Part shown: positions 47,509 through 60,304 of the stretch, piece by piece
How positions within the stretch are numbered: position 1 is the stretch's first letter
Layout: every line of letters starts with the position of its first letter
Assembly: GCF_001447785.1 (NCBI RefSeq)
Contig: NW_015167130.1
Coordinates: 23,973 to 86,120 of the forward strand
Reading direction: 5' to 3'
DNA: 62,148 nucleotides
From: Gekko japonicus
Taxonomy: Eukaryota
Notes under the pieces: model-generated
Database searches by the model: none
Seen by the model: only the letters and a program-made list of their open reading frames with translations
What the model was told of the DNA's origin: nothing
Program-made: the position numbers and the translations under genes

Positions 47509-50500
47509 TTAATTTGTTCTCCTAATTAGTTGTTTCTTCTCATTCAACTCAGGCCTCACCAGAATAATGTAACTTTTTGGGGAAAAAATACAACCCAGTA
47601 AGCCAGCAGCGGAGGCTAAGATAGAGAAAATCTCCACAGCTACCATGTATTTCCCTTTGGTGCTCAGATAGGTTGGGACAAAAGAGACCCAAACACTACA
47701 AAATATAAACATACTGAAGGTGATGAATTTGGCTTCATTGAAACTGCTAGGCAATTTTCTGGCTAGGAAAGCCACAGTCAAGCTGATGATGGACAGAACT
47801 CCCATGTAGCCTAGGGCAATATAGAACATAAGAACAGACCCTTCATTACATTCAGTGATGATCTCTTCACTCGATGACTGTGTATCAAAATCTGGGAATG
47901 GGGGAGATGTTCCTAGCCATACCATGCAAATAGCTGCTTGAATGAGGGAGAATGAAAGGATAATGGAGTTAGTCAATCCTTTCCCTACCCACTTCCTCAT
48001 CTTGGAACCTGGTTTGGTGGCCATGAAAGCTACAACCACAGTGATGGTTTTGGCCAGGACACAAGAAACAGCTACTGAAAATATGATGCTGAAAACAGCT
48101 TGTCGGAAGAAACAGGATATCTTTGTTGGTTGTCCAAGGAACAACAATGAACAAAGGAAACAGAGCAGAAGGGAAACAAGGAGAGTGTAGGTGATATCCC
48201 GATTGCTGGCTTTGACAATGGGGCTGTCTTTCCATTTAACAAAAATCCCTAGGACTAAGGCTGTGATGAGAGAAAAAGAAACAGCAACAGAGGCTAAACT
48301 GATCCCCAAAGGTTCTTGAAAGGACAGGAAGCTTAGAACTTTTGGGATGCATCCATCTTGGTCCTTGCTTGGAAATCTATCATCAGGGCATTTAATACAG
48401 TCAACCGCATCTGAAAACAGAGAAGTATAATGACCCATCATGCTTTTCAGAACTTCATTTAGATGTGGAAGGCATTGCTTATGGTACATTTTAACTGCTC
48501 ATTCTAGATAGGAATATTCAAGAACATTCTTGTTCTGTTGCTGCAGATGATATATTAGTAGTCATTGTTTAAATTAAGGGGTATTGTGTTAGATCTTTAA
48601 TCGCCTTTAAGAAAACATGCTATTCATGAAAGTTTATATTTATATAAATCTGTTTTTAGCACATACTGGAAAGTCAACCCGGATATTTGAACCTGCTGGT
48701 GAAATAATAGATGTGCAGTCTGATGGTGTTAATCAGAATTTAGTACAGGTTAACATGCTAAGAAGTCAGATGGTAGTTCCTGGCCAAAGCCTGCAAACAG
48801 GTCATGCTAATTGGGGGAGTTTAGTGTGCAGCCACTGAAAGAAGCAAAGAGGAAGTCTATGTGCACTTTACTTGGGTTTTTGAACTGTTTGGGGTTTAAA
48901 TTGTCCGAAGCTTACTTCCAGCTCTTAGCTTAAACACATGGTCCTTGTGGGAGGGGCTTTTGCTGACAGAGATGAATCATCTGATATTACTGGCTATTGT
49001 GCAAGGCTTGGAAAGGAGCCAGAGGTCCCAGCTGTAAGCAGAGTTAATTAGGGGTCAAGGGTCTAAGAAATAAGTTTCTAGGATGTTCAGAATGAGAACG
49101 TTTTGCAGGGAAAGAAAGAGACAATTAAAGAAGGACATACAAGTAAAGCTCATTTTTGAGTAAGGGCTAGTAGGGTTGCCAGCGGGATACCAAGAGGTAT
49201 GGACATAAGGGACTCCCATGCAATGATATTCTGCAATTTTTTCCTGCAATTTTTGAGTTGGTTGGTCTCTGTCACTTTTTCTCTTCAGAATATTACGCTA
49301 GAACAAAACCTTCATATAAACCGACAAAAGAGCCTTTGCTCATCTAGCTGGAGACCCTGTAACAAGCTAATTTCCCTCTCTCTGGGTCCAGTTTGGGTAA
49401 CATTGATGTGTGAATAAGAAAGTGGTGCAGGAGAAAGGTTTAGATTTTTTAGGTACTGGGGAAATTTCTGGGACAAGCCAAACTTGGAGATGTGAGGTGA
49501 GCATCACTTCTTTTATTTAAAGTATTCTTAGGGAAATGGTAATCTGCAGCCAACCAGAATGATGGGAAATCTAATGCACTACATCACCTACCATTGCTGT
49601 CTGAAATCTTTCCTTCTGGGCATGGATCACAGTTGTAGCAGCAAAACATCTCCCCTTCTGTCTTTATCTTCTGATAACCAGGACGACAGTAGTCATTGCA
49701 CACAGAAATGGGCACCACCTATGCCAGTATTTGAAAGTCATTGATGGTGGGAGAAATTACACACTGCTCACAAAAAATATATATTGTAAAGGTGAACATT
49801 TGACATGCAATAAAGCAGAACATTCAATGGACTGTTTAGGATTTCCGATCACGGCAGATGATATTTTTGCTGCTTTTGCCTTGGATAAAGAGAGAAAGAG
49901 GTGGGGCCTATACCAAAACATAAAAGGAGTTAAGAGTTTGAAAGGTTACAGATTGTCCTACTGTACATTTAATGAAAAATAGTGCATAGTTGAAATGGGA
50001 AAAATGTCTCCTGCTTAGATAAGGCAAATTAAGACTCAAGAGAGAAGAAATAGGCTATTCAACCCAGGCTGCAGTCACACGGAGCAGTAGGCATGCTAGA
50101 GAGACGGAAGATAGGCAGATTTTCTGGGCACGATCTTACCGCCACATCTGGGAAGCGTTGAGCTTCCGTGGCTCACCCGAGGCTTCCCGCTCAAGATGTG
50201 GGGTAAAAAACTAGTACCTCAGAGGTACTAGTTTCCTGAAACTGCGGGGCAAGGGCGGGTGTTTGATCGGGTTTCCAGTGGTAGTTCCGGCGCCCGCCCA
50301 TGTCCCCTCACAAAAAATTTTTTTCAAAGTCTCCACGGATGCGCACAAGCACCCGAGGGAGCATGCGCACATTTGAGTTTTTTAAAAAACAACAACCCCG
50401 TTTGCCCCCGTGCCCCACTTCTTTGCCATGCTGCAGGACTGTGGAGTGATCTTCACCTCCCCCCTACCACAGGACCTCCACGGGACCTCCACGGTAGGTC

Positions 50501-53500
50501 TGCTCGTGCAACCGCACGTTCTTTAGCCCCAGGGCAAACAACCACGCCTCCCCCCCCCAATATCTGGCCCGTGTGACCGGGGCCCCAGTTTCTTATTCCA
50601 TAGGAATAGTAATCATCAGGTAGTGGTCAGTTGTGATCCATTAAGCCTTCTTAACTGGCTCCCTCATAAGCCTACATACGTATATATGCACATTGAAGTC
50701 ATAACCAATGTATGGTAACCCCAGAAAGGGGCTTTCAAGGCAAGTGAGAAGCAGAGGTGGTTTGCCAGTGCCTTCTTCTGCAGTCTTCCTTGGTGGTCTC
50801 TCTTCCATGTACTGATCCTGCTTATCATCTGAGATCTGACAAGGTCATGTTATACTGTACCATTCCACATTCCTTCATAAGTCTAACAATTGTTAATAAA
50901 GATGGGTTGCCATATTAGTCTGCCTGTTCAAGAAAGCTCTTGTTAGTCTTTAAATTGTTAATAAAGACAGTGATCATATGAAATAAAATGACTCCAAACC
51001 AGTAGAACTTTGTGATCATGACATTCATTATTCTTGTGGCTCTTGCTTAGATAAGCAACATTTGAAGAACAGAGCAAAGACCTTGCATATTCACAGCAAT
51101 GCCTCATTTCGCTATGTTTGACATAGATGCAAAATTTTAAAATTGCAAATATTAAGAGACCATCTGACACTTTAATTTTTATCCTTTCTCTAGTTCTTGA
51201 AACAATTGGTGGCTCTCATTTTGTGATACAGCCTGATTATCCATGACAGGGGCTGATAATCTATGATGGGGAACTACCAGCCTTTGACAAGCCCAGATAA
51301 TGGCCACCAAGAATAGTCTGGAAGGCCATACCTGGTTAAAAATACTGTGCCACTCAATCATATCCTCATGAACAATGAATCTGCTTCTTTCTAGAGCATC
51401 AGCATCCACCCTTCCAACTTTCACTCTGCTGAAGGAATGGTTTGGGAACGTAATCAGATTCATGATGTCGAATGCAGCTCCCATTTCCCAGTTCTTATTA
51501 AAGGACAGGTCTTCTCCAGCTGAGTTGTTGAACAAAATGTCTTGAAGGAATGTATGGAGCTAGTTAAAAAAGAAACAAATATTATTTCCATAATTTATTC
51601 TTTTCTTAACACATCTTAGGTTTTAATCTCTTGTTACAGGTTGAGGGTCTTGTTTGGGGAGATGTGGAGGCAACAGGATGAGCAGAGAGTAAAATCTATG
51701 ATTCTAAGTGCCAACGATTTGTGGTAAGAATAGGGATGGTATTTCAAATCCTTCATCTGGAAAGGAATTAGCAATAAATTTATCAATATAGTAATTACTA
51801 TATAAATCTAGGGGACATTTGAAACACTGTACAGTTCTGGTTGCCTAATCTCAAAAAAGGATTTCGAAGGGCTGGGGGGAAATGCTGAAAATGACAACCA
51901 AAATGTTCTTAGGATGAACAGGTTGCTCTGTGAGGCAAGGTGAATACATCTGCAATTTTTCAGTTCAGAAGCAAAGGGCAACTGAAGAGTAACTTGACAG
52001 ATGTTTGCAAAATTATACATGGCATAGAAAAAAGAGAGGAATTTTTCCCCCACTCTATAACAGAAGAACCCAGGCTCACCCTAGAAAACTGTGCAGTTAA
52101 CTTGTAGAACTCACCAGCCCAAGATGTGGTGATAACCACTGACTTAAATGTATCTAAAATGAAGTTGGACAGATTTGTGGGAAATGTGTCTATCGTGATA
52201 GTTCAATAGGACCTCTGAGTTCAGAGACAGAATGCCCATGAGTATTGGGCACTGGAAGCATCTATACATGGGCTGCCCTGTGGCATTTGACTAGGACCGT
52301 TGTGTGAAGTAGGATGCTGTACTAGGTGGACCACTGATCTAATCCAGTATGGCTACTTTTAAGTTCTTATCTTCTTATTTTGAAGAAATACTACATACAT
52401 AAGTGCCAGCAAGTCACAAATGACTTATGGAGACTGCAGCAAGGGGCTTTCACGGCAAGTGAGAAGCAGAAGTGGTTTGCCATTGCAGTCCTCTTCAGAG
52501 TCTTTCTTGGTGGTTTAGAATAAAATAGAATAGAATAGAATAGAATAGAATAGAATAGAATAGAATAGAATAGAATAGAATAGAAGTAAGAACATAGAGA
52601 AGTTTACAAGCTGAAGGTTGTGGTCACACATGCCAGATGAAGTGGGGGGAGGGAGTGAGGCTATTCCCTCCAGAGTAAATCGACCCGCAGTTGTGAGATC
52701 ACACAGCCCGTTGTAACAGCAGGCACAGCCCGTCACTGTGTGATTAGATGCAACTGTGGGTGAGTTGGTTTTTTTTTTACCATTTGTTTCCCATGTGCAT
52801 AAACAAGGAATCGCACCTCTGCACTTAGGGCCCCCAATGGGTATGCAATGATGTGCATACTGCGAGGGGGGGCGGAATGGCACTGAGCCGGGATGTCCTG
52901 ATCAGACCATGCCAATGGCATGAGTGCACGCTTGTTTACTGATGTTTTATGCCAATAAAGGCTGACTTGACTTGACTTGAATTGAGTGCACGCTTGTAAG
53001 ATCAGACAAGGGAATGTCCGTCTGTAGCCTGTCACAACCCGTTTAGAACCGGATTTTCTCTGGTGTCTTTTTAGACCGCTTCTGTGGCAGAGCAGCACGG
53101 ATCACCGATGACTGCGGGACACTTCCCAGATGTTGCTGTCTGATTGGGCCCTTTAAATCTGCCCAGCCTTTGCACCTATGTTGGGTCTAACTGTGCGTAT
53201 GATTGCAGCCGAGGTTCTGGAACATCTTTCCTTCAAACATATCTATTTGTTTCCTTCCAGACCACCCTCAAAAGCCTGATCTACTACAACGATAAAAGAT
53301 GGAAATGTAAGCTTGACTTTCTTTCAGGATCCAAATACAGGTTGATATGATATGAAGGGTAATGGTGACATTTTATTATGGAGACAGTACCTGCCAAGGC
53401 TGGAGACCTTGAAGGTCAATTCTTTTGCCACCCACCATTGTTCTGCAATGGTATCTGGATGAAACCATGGCATGCAAAGCATGTGCTATGGCATAGGCGG

Positions 53501-56500
53501 CATTGTAGATGCTATAGCTGTGGCCAGTCATATGCATTTCAAAAATAGAACCAGGAAGGCTCTCCAGCCTCTCCTCCCCAGTACATGTGGAATTATCTTT
53601 CATTGGCTCCTTGGAATTTGGAAATGAACAGTGAAATGCTTGTTCCCAGAAACACCCGAGAAAGCCATCTTCCTGTGTGGAATCAGGTTTTACAATCTGA
53701 AGGAATTTCTGGAACCCAAGAACCTTATGAGAGTGAACTGTGAAAGACAGGATATTGTTGAAGAAGTTGAAACTGAAGATCCTTTGAAGGCTGGTTAGTA
53801 CATAATCAACTTGGGCTGTCAAAATCCACACTGTTCTAATTGATACACTTTCCTCATATGCAGAATCTTCAAAAAGCATTGCAGTGGTCAATGATATTAT
53901 GGCCATAGGTCCTCCATATAGAATTACTGTATTTATTTTACTGTCTATGAAATGTTGATATCTGTTTCTGAAAAGATCAAAACTCTCTGACATTTCATCC
54001 CAATTGCTTTGCTTTGGGATTCTTCCTGTGAATGCCAAACAGATGCCATTCTGAGCAAGCAGTGGTTCCAGGGTCTTCAAGAAATGTTCTCCACTGTCCT
54101 CATCTACAATAAGAAGCCCAACCCACGTCCATCTGAAGTGGAGAAGCAACTGCACAATCCCCATATTCTGATGGGCTTCATTTGGCACCGTGCGGTAAAA
54201 GGAAGGGACGTCTGTTGCATCCTCTGGAGCAAATGAGCCATATGTGAGCTTAAAGGAAATAAACAGATAATTTCAGGAGGTAGCCATGATGGTCTTCAAT
54301 AGAACATCAAAATTCATCCAACAGCACCTTAGAGACCAAAAAAAAGATTTCCAGGGTATAAACTACTTTCAAAAGCCTCTACTGTGGAAAGCATGGTGCT
54401 CTTTAAGGTGCTATTGGACTTGGATCTTACATTTCCCCCCCTTTAAAAAAGAGTCCCCTTATAGATATGCCTGTTTATGCAATTATTTATTTATTTATAT
54501 CTTCAATTTCTTATACCACCCTAATCCCCGTTGGAGGTCTCTGTGTGGTTTACAGAGAGGATGCTAGTCACATTACTCCCTAACTAGGGCCACATTTGTA
54601 CGGGGTGGGACTGCCTACCAGCACCCGTGGTGGTCGATTTTTTTTTTTTGACAAAATCCCTTTGAAATGAAAAAAAGAATCTGCTAACTGATCCCTATAT
54701 TACTCCATACTTTACTCCCTTATGAAGTAAATTTCCTTTTGGCTTACTTGATGAAATATCATGGAGACCTTTCTGTCAGTCATGATTTATTCTCTACTAG
54801 AAACAAAGAATGTCCAAGAAAGAAGGCAGTGGCATTTCTTTGCATGGATTCTCCATGCATGGATCTTTACCTGTGGGATTTTGTAGAGACCTAAGATGTC
54901 TGCCATGTAGAAGGAGATATCAGCACTGAGTCCCCCAATGACGGCCATTAAGTTTTTCTGTTTACCACATTTGTAATTAGGGACATATACATTTGATTTG
55001 AAGAGCAGGTCCAGGGTGCTGTGATAGGTCATCCTTGCATTGTAGTAGCTGTCGCAGATGTGGAAACCAAGAGTGACATTGGTCAAGATGCTGAGATTCT
55101 CATTGATCTCCTTCGTTGCAAACACCAAAGTTAGGACATGCTGGTAGAACTTGGTCACCATCCTTTAGAAAGAGATTGATGTGATTTCTTAGGTGAACGC
55201 TACACTGCAGCATGTCATTTTTATCATAACACTGGTTTTGATGTCTACATGTACACCTTTTTTGTTATTGCTGATGCTAAGAGCATGCTCTTTAGTCAAA
55301 TCGTCTTTTAAAATGTGTTAGTACACCAGTATCTGTGGTCTGTTTAGAATATTATGGATACCCTTTTGGGTTCATTTATAATGTATAAAACAATATCCCC
55401 TCCCATATATTTAAGTTGCATTCATTTACCCATTATGTTGATATGTGTATAGCCTGTAAAAACATATTAACCTTTAGGATGTCACTTAAGTTTTTGGTGA
55501 TTTTCTTTTTCTAAATTAGGAAAACAGGTGTGTATCCTGGGGTGGTCTTCAATTCTCAGTTCTTGGATTGCCAGCTACTCCCACCCAGCCCTTGTAGTCT
55601 GAATCTTCAGAATCTCACAGCAGAACAAAGACCAACCTAAATGCCTTAGGGGAACCCCACACTGAATTAATCTTATGTTTGATATTTCTGCTGTCACTTT
55701 TCTGCTGTCTATCTGTTACTTACAGATTTTATAAGCAACAAACATGAAGTCTTTTCTCTCTCTCTCTCATACATGGTATTAAATTACATACATAACCACT
55801 GTGCAGGAAAGGTCCTGGGTGATTCATAATATCTTTAGCATGGAGGGTGTGCTATCTGGCATCAAGTCACTTCCGATTTACGGCAACCGTATGAATTAAT
55901 GACCTCCAGAATGCTGTGTCATTAAGAACCTGGCTCAAATCTTGCAAACCGAGCACTGGGGCTGCCTTTATTGTATCAATCCATCTCATGTTCTGCCTTC
56001 CTCTTTCCCCACTGCCTTCAAATATTCCTTACCATCCTTTCCAGTGAGTCACGATGTGCCCCAGAATGTGATAGCCTCAGTAAAGGGACACATTTTTATG
56101 ACTTCCATTCTCTACCAGTCTCTACGAACACTCCACCTGCCACCTTTGTCATTGTTTAGCACCATTAGTGTATCACTCTTCTCTCCACCCTTACTTTCCA
56201 AAATATTGAAAGCATTACTTTATGGGAGAAGAAAACCCATATCCACTACCAACAGAACAGAATGGACAGACATTTGGGAAGGAAGAAAAAAAATGTGGAG
56301 TGGAGTAAGCCAGCAAGCTATTCCTTTAAGCAATTCAACAATTCCTTAAAGCATTTAAAACTTTGTGACATTCTCACATGATTCAGAAAAAATAAAAAAA
56401 ATAAAACCTTACTCTGGAACCTTAAGCAAATCTTCTGGAGGCCATTCTCTGAAACACAATGAGTGAAGGTATGGAGAGATCTGAGAAACAATGCCACCAA

Positions 56501-56624
56501 TGAGGAGGTCCCCTGACTGGTACTGCTCATATGGGCCAGAGAGGGGATCCTTCACAAGGCTCTGCACAGTAACCACATTTTTTATCATGTGTGACAGCCA
56601 AGTGAGTAACACGCCCAGTCTCAT
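47509..56624 (-). CDS. V2R: V2R gene D, six exons, open frame, 872 aa
   Basis: Exons 56624-56413, 55162-54871, 54248-53391, 51559-51332, 49718-49592 and 48410-47509 total 2619 nt in frame, all GT-AG. Exon sizes 212/292/858/228/127/902 match gene C except exon 3. Confidence 0.92.
50067..50584. mobile_element. PIF/Harbinger-like MITE in gene D intron 4
   Basis: TIRs GGCTGCAGTCACACGG / CCGTGTGACCGGGGCC with 3-bp TSD CCA. Confidence 0.65.
52085..52372 (+). mobile_element. Old CR1 LINE 3' fragment
   Basis: GAACTCAC...AGATGTGGTG...TTGGACAGATT and terminal GATCTAATCCAG...TTCTTAT resemble reptile CR1 3' ends. Confidence 0.5.
52516..52585. repeat. (TAGAA)n microsatellite
   Basis: About 14 pentamer units. 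Confidence 0.95.
52616..53210. mobile_element. Older Harbinger-like MITE
   Basis: Degenerate TIRs GGTTGTGGTCACAC / CGTATGATTGCAGCC with flanks GAA/GAG. Confidence 0.4.
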
Positions 56625-56712
56625 GATGCTGGTGACACAGCTTCTCTCAGGATTCAGCCTTTCCTGTGCCCATCAAATAATGGGCGAGCTTGGAGAGAGG
56701 ATGAGAAATTTA

Positions 56713-57000
56713 TCCGCTTTATATCGAGGCTTGGCACAGGCAAAAATCATGCCTCCAAATCTGGCTGGGGTTGCACACATTCCGATCAACAACAAAATGT
56801 GCTAAATCAGGTTGCTGGGGTCCTGCCTTCCCTCTTCCTAGCTTTCTGTGGCAAAGGAAGTTTCTTATAAGCACTTCCAGACTTATTTCTTTAGGGTTTT
56901 CTGGTGCCTAGTTGAAACTCACCAGAGCTTTGATCAGTTAACAAAATTCACCAATCGGGATAATTGCAGGCGGGGGAGATAATTATCTCTTGCAGAGTGT
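56713..57000 (-). promoter_or_regulatory. Putative promoter of V2R gene D (TATAAA at 56723-56718 plus conserved TAATTA block)
   Basis: TATAAAGCGGA lies ~99 nt upstream of the ATG. Block 56903-57000 is homologous to 7108-7199. Confidence 0.55.
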
Positions 57001-58540
57001 AGATTATTGTGATGCTATGGAAGAAACTCCCCCCCCCCCAGATATAACTATGAGTTTCTTCTATTCTTCACTAGCACAACTAGCAAGGAGGGCATTCAAG
57101 TTTCTCTTTTTGAATGCTGGCCAGCAAGAAATGCAGACTGTGCAATGAAGAAACAAACGGGATGGGGAACAAGAGAAAGGACATATGCATTCTGCCTTTC
57201 CTAAACCATTTGGAGTAGCGAAATACATTGCAGTTTTATTAGAACCCCCAAATAAGGCCACAGAACACCTATGTATTAATTACCAATTTTATTAATGGTT
57301 GACTCCCATCCCTAACATAGTACAAGTTGCTTCTACCATGGATGCCAGTGTTGGAGAGAAACCAGCTCTGGTGCCAAACTTAGCCTGTATTACAGCTGGC
57401 TTAATTTATCCTTACCTGAACAGAAAACAGAGTCCAGAAAACATTTAGCTTTCCTCTCCCTCCCCTTATGTGTCACTCCAGCAACTGAGAGGGGGGATCA
57501 TTGAGTATCTTGTCATCTTGTTATTAATCAAAAGACCCTAACCATTCAGATCTGCGAAGAGTTGCAGAAATCATCTACTAATCCTACCAACTTGCTCAAA
57601 CCATGGGACTCCCAGGTGCTCCTACTATACAATCCCCACGTGCCTGTTGTTAAGATGTCCCCACTACTCTGTGAGCTTCCCAATGCCAAGGTTCCACAGA
57701 AGTCATACTGACATCGATCCTGGACCTTTCTCTGTATCAGGTGCCAGTTCCTGAAAGCTGGCACCCTAAGAACATGATCATGCACCATCAATTCTACCAG
57801 TAAACAAAATATCGCTATATAAACACTGAAGAATAAATGCAGTAGGTAGCCTCATAATTCTAACAGACTTGGAAGCTGGAAACTGAACCACTGTCCTGTG
57901 AGTGGTTGAAAGTGCCATCACATTGCAGCCAATTTATGTGGCCTGTATAGGGTTTTCAAAGCAAAAGACAAACAGCTAGTGTGAGAAACCCTGGGATTTC
58001 TTTGTGGTCTCCCTTCCAAGTAGTAACCAAAGCCAACCCTGCCTAGCTTTTCAGATACAATCAGACTGAGCTGTCTGGGCAACCAGGGCCAGGGCTGCTG
58101 GTATTTTACCACACCAAAACAGAGTCTCACCCAGATGTGAGCTGCTATCACTATGGGGAGCAACTCTAACCCTCAGACCAACCCTAAACTCACTAAGTAC
58201 CCAGCAGATACAAAGCCAATCCATGCCTGCTGGAAGCTTCAGAAGGGGCCTGCAGTTTGGCCTCTAAAATTGATTCCCCCTTCCAGTCAGAAATCTCATT
58301 AAATGGTATCAAGAATTTAAGCCATAAAGCCACATCAGACCTCCTGTGCCAAGTGACTGGCTTTATACTGTGAAGTACCAACAACTTGCAGGGATTCTCA
58401 CAGTCTTTGTAGCAAGACTATTCCACGGGACATGGCATGATAGGCATGTATCTTTCCCCCTAAATGCTACATTATTCTGCTAAAGCCTGAGCTGAACAAG
58501 AAGGAGCTGCTAGTTAGCAGAATAAATTAAAGAAGAGAGG

Positions 58541-58818
58541 AGAAGAAGAAGAGATTGGGTTTATACCCCGACCTTCACTTGGAGTCTCAGAGCGGCTTAC
58601 AAACTCCTTTCCCTTCCCCTCCCTACAACAGACACCCTGTGAGGTGGGTGGGGCTGAGAGAACTTGGACACAAACTGCTCTTTTTCAAGGACAGCTGTGC
58701 CGGAGCTTGTGACTGACCCAAGGTCACATCAGCAGGTGCAAGTGGAGGAGTGGGGAATCAAACCTGGTTCTCCCAGATTAGAGTCCACACACTTAACCAC
58801 TGCACCAAACTGGCTCTC
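58541..58818 (-). mobile_element. tRNA-derived SINE with L2-type tail (Squam3/MIR-like)
   Basis: Minus strand TGGTGCAGTGGTTAAG...GGTTTGATTCCCC head, TGTAAGCCGCTCTGAG...GGGGTATAA tail and (TTC)n end. Confidence 0.7.
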
Positions 58819-58839
58819 TAAAGACTCTCTGTAATGTGT

Positions 58840-59357
58840 ATCTCTGGGTGAGATTACAGTTCTGGAGGCATCACTTCAAAAAGGATGTGGACAAAATCGA
58901 GAGGATGCACAAGAGAGCGACCTGGATGATCAGGGGTCTGGAGACTGAGCCCTACGAGGAAAGGCTAAGGGCCTTCGGAATGTTTAGTTTGGAGAAGAGG
59001 AGATTGAGGGGGGACATGACTGCTCTTTTTTAAAATATTTGAAAGGCTGTCATTTGGAGGAGGGCAAGGAGCTGTTCCAGTTGGCAGCAGAGGATAGGAT
59101 CCAAAGCAACAGGTTTAAATTACATGCAGAAAGGTATCGGCTGAATATTAGGGGGGAAATTTCATGATCAGAGTAGTTCAAAGGTGGAATCAGCTGCCTA
59201 AAAAGGTGGTTAGCTCCCCATCACTGACAACTTTCAAGAAGAGGCTGGACGAATATTTGTCAGATTTCCCAAGTCCACAAAAGGCTGGTCCTGCATTGGG
59301 CTGGGGGTTGGACTAGATGGTCTGTATGGCCCCTTCCAACTCTATGATTCTATGATT
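58840..59357 (+). mobile_element. CR1 LINE, 5'-truncated 3' end
   Basis: Encodes KKDVDKIER...YEERL...FSLEKRRLRGD, then GGTTGGACTAGATG...CCTTCCAAC and an (ATTCTATG)-type tail. Confidence 0.9.
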
Positions 59358-59943
59358 TATACTTACACTGTGTCCATGGAAATGACAGAGTGGGCCCAGT
59401 GTAGTATTTAGGATGGGCTACCATTAAAGACAACAAAATCTCTTTTCTGTTTCTTTAAGGAATGTAGTAGATACCAGCCTGAAGTAAACATAAATGTTTA
59501 GCAGATTTACATGACTGGTCAAGATAATACAATGTGAAGTTAAGAATATACGTAAATGCCACCCATTCTAACCCCTTCCCTGAAACTCCCCAAGTCCAGC
59601 CCTTCCTTTTGTTGCTAACTGAGAATATAGATGCCAGGAAGGTAGGCTTTTTCACATCTCTTCCTAAGTCCACAAAAGGACCTCTGATTGGACACATATG
59701 AGGGAGAACATTCAGCATAATAGCCTCATTCTTCATAAAGGCCTAACCAAATAAAAAGGCACTGGAAATCACCATTGGCCTTTATGGAAGAAAGAAGGAG
59801 GTAAAATGAGAACATGTATTCCAGGGTGTAGGAAGTAGTGTGTACAAAGTCTATCAATGCAATGAGTGGTATTAAAACTTATACGAACTTTTCTAAGTGC
59901 TTAAAGGGTGTTGAAGAACCTAAATGAAGATATATGTGAGAAC

Positions 59944-59945
59944 AT

Positions 59946-59984
<39 letters not shown>

Positions 59985-59985
59985 T
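59944..59985. repeat. (TTTA)n microsatellite, tail of an old minus-strand SINE
   Basis: About 10 tetramer units. Confidence 0.9.
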
Positions 59986-60304
59986 TCATGTATACTCCAG
60001 TCTTGAAGGGATAACCCTCTCCTTCCAAATAGGGAACTAAAGTACATTACAAAATCATTCTCCCCTCTTGCCTTTTATGCTCACAACAACAATAGTATAG
60101 ACTAGGTTAGACAAAGAAGCAGTGACTGGTCTGGAGGACTGTTCACATGTATTGCAGAATGGAGATTCAAGTCTGGGTCTCCCACAACCCAGTTTGACAT
60201 TCTAAAACATATACTATGCTACTATGGTCCATATTTAACAAAATAATATAAGAGTACCCCCTTGGGGTGGGGAAATAATTATACTTTGCCCATGGAATAT
60301 ATCT

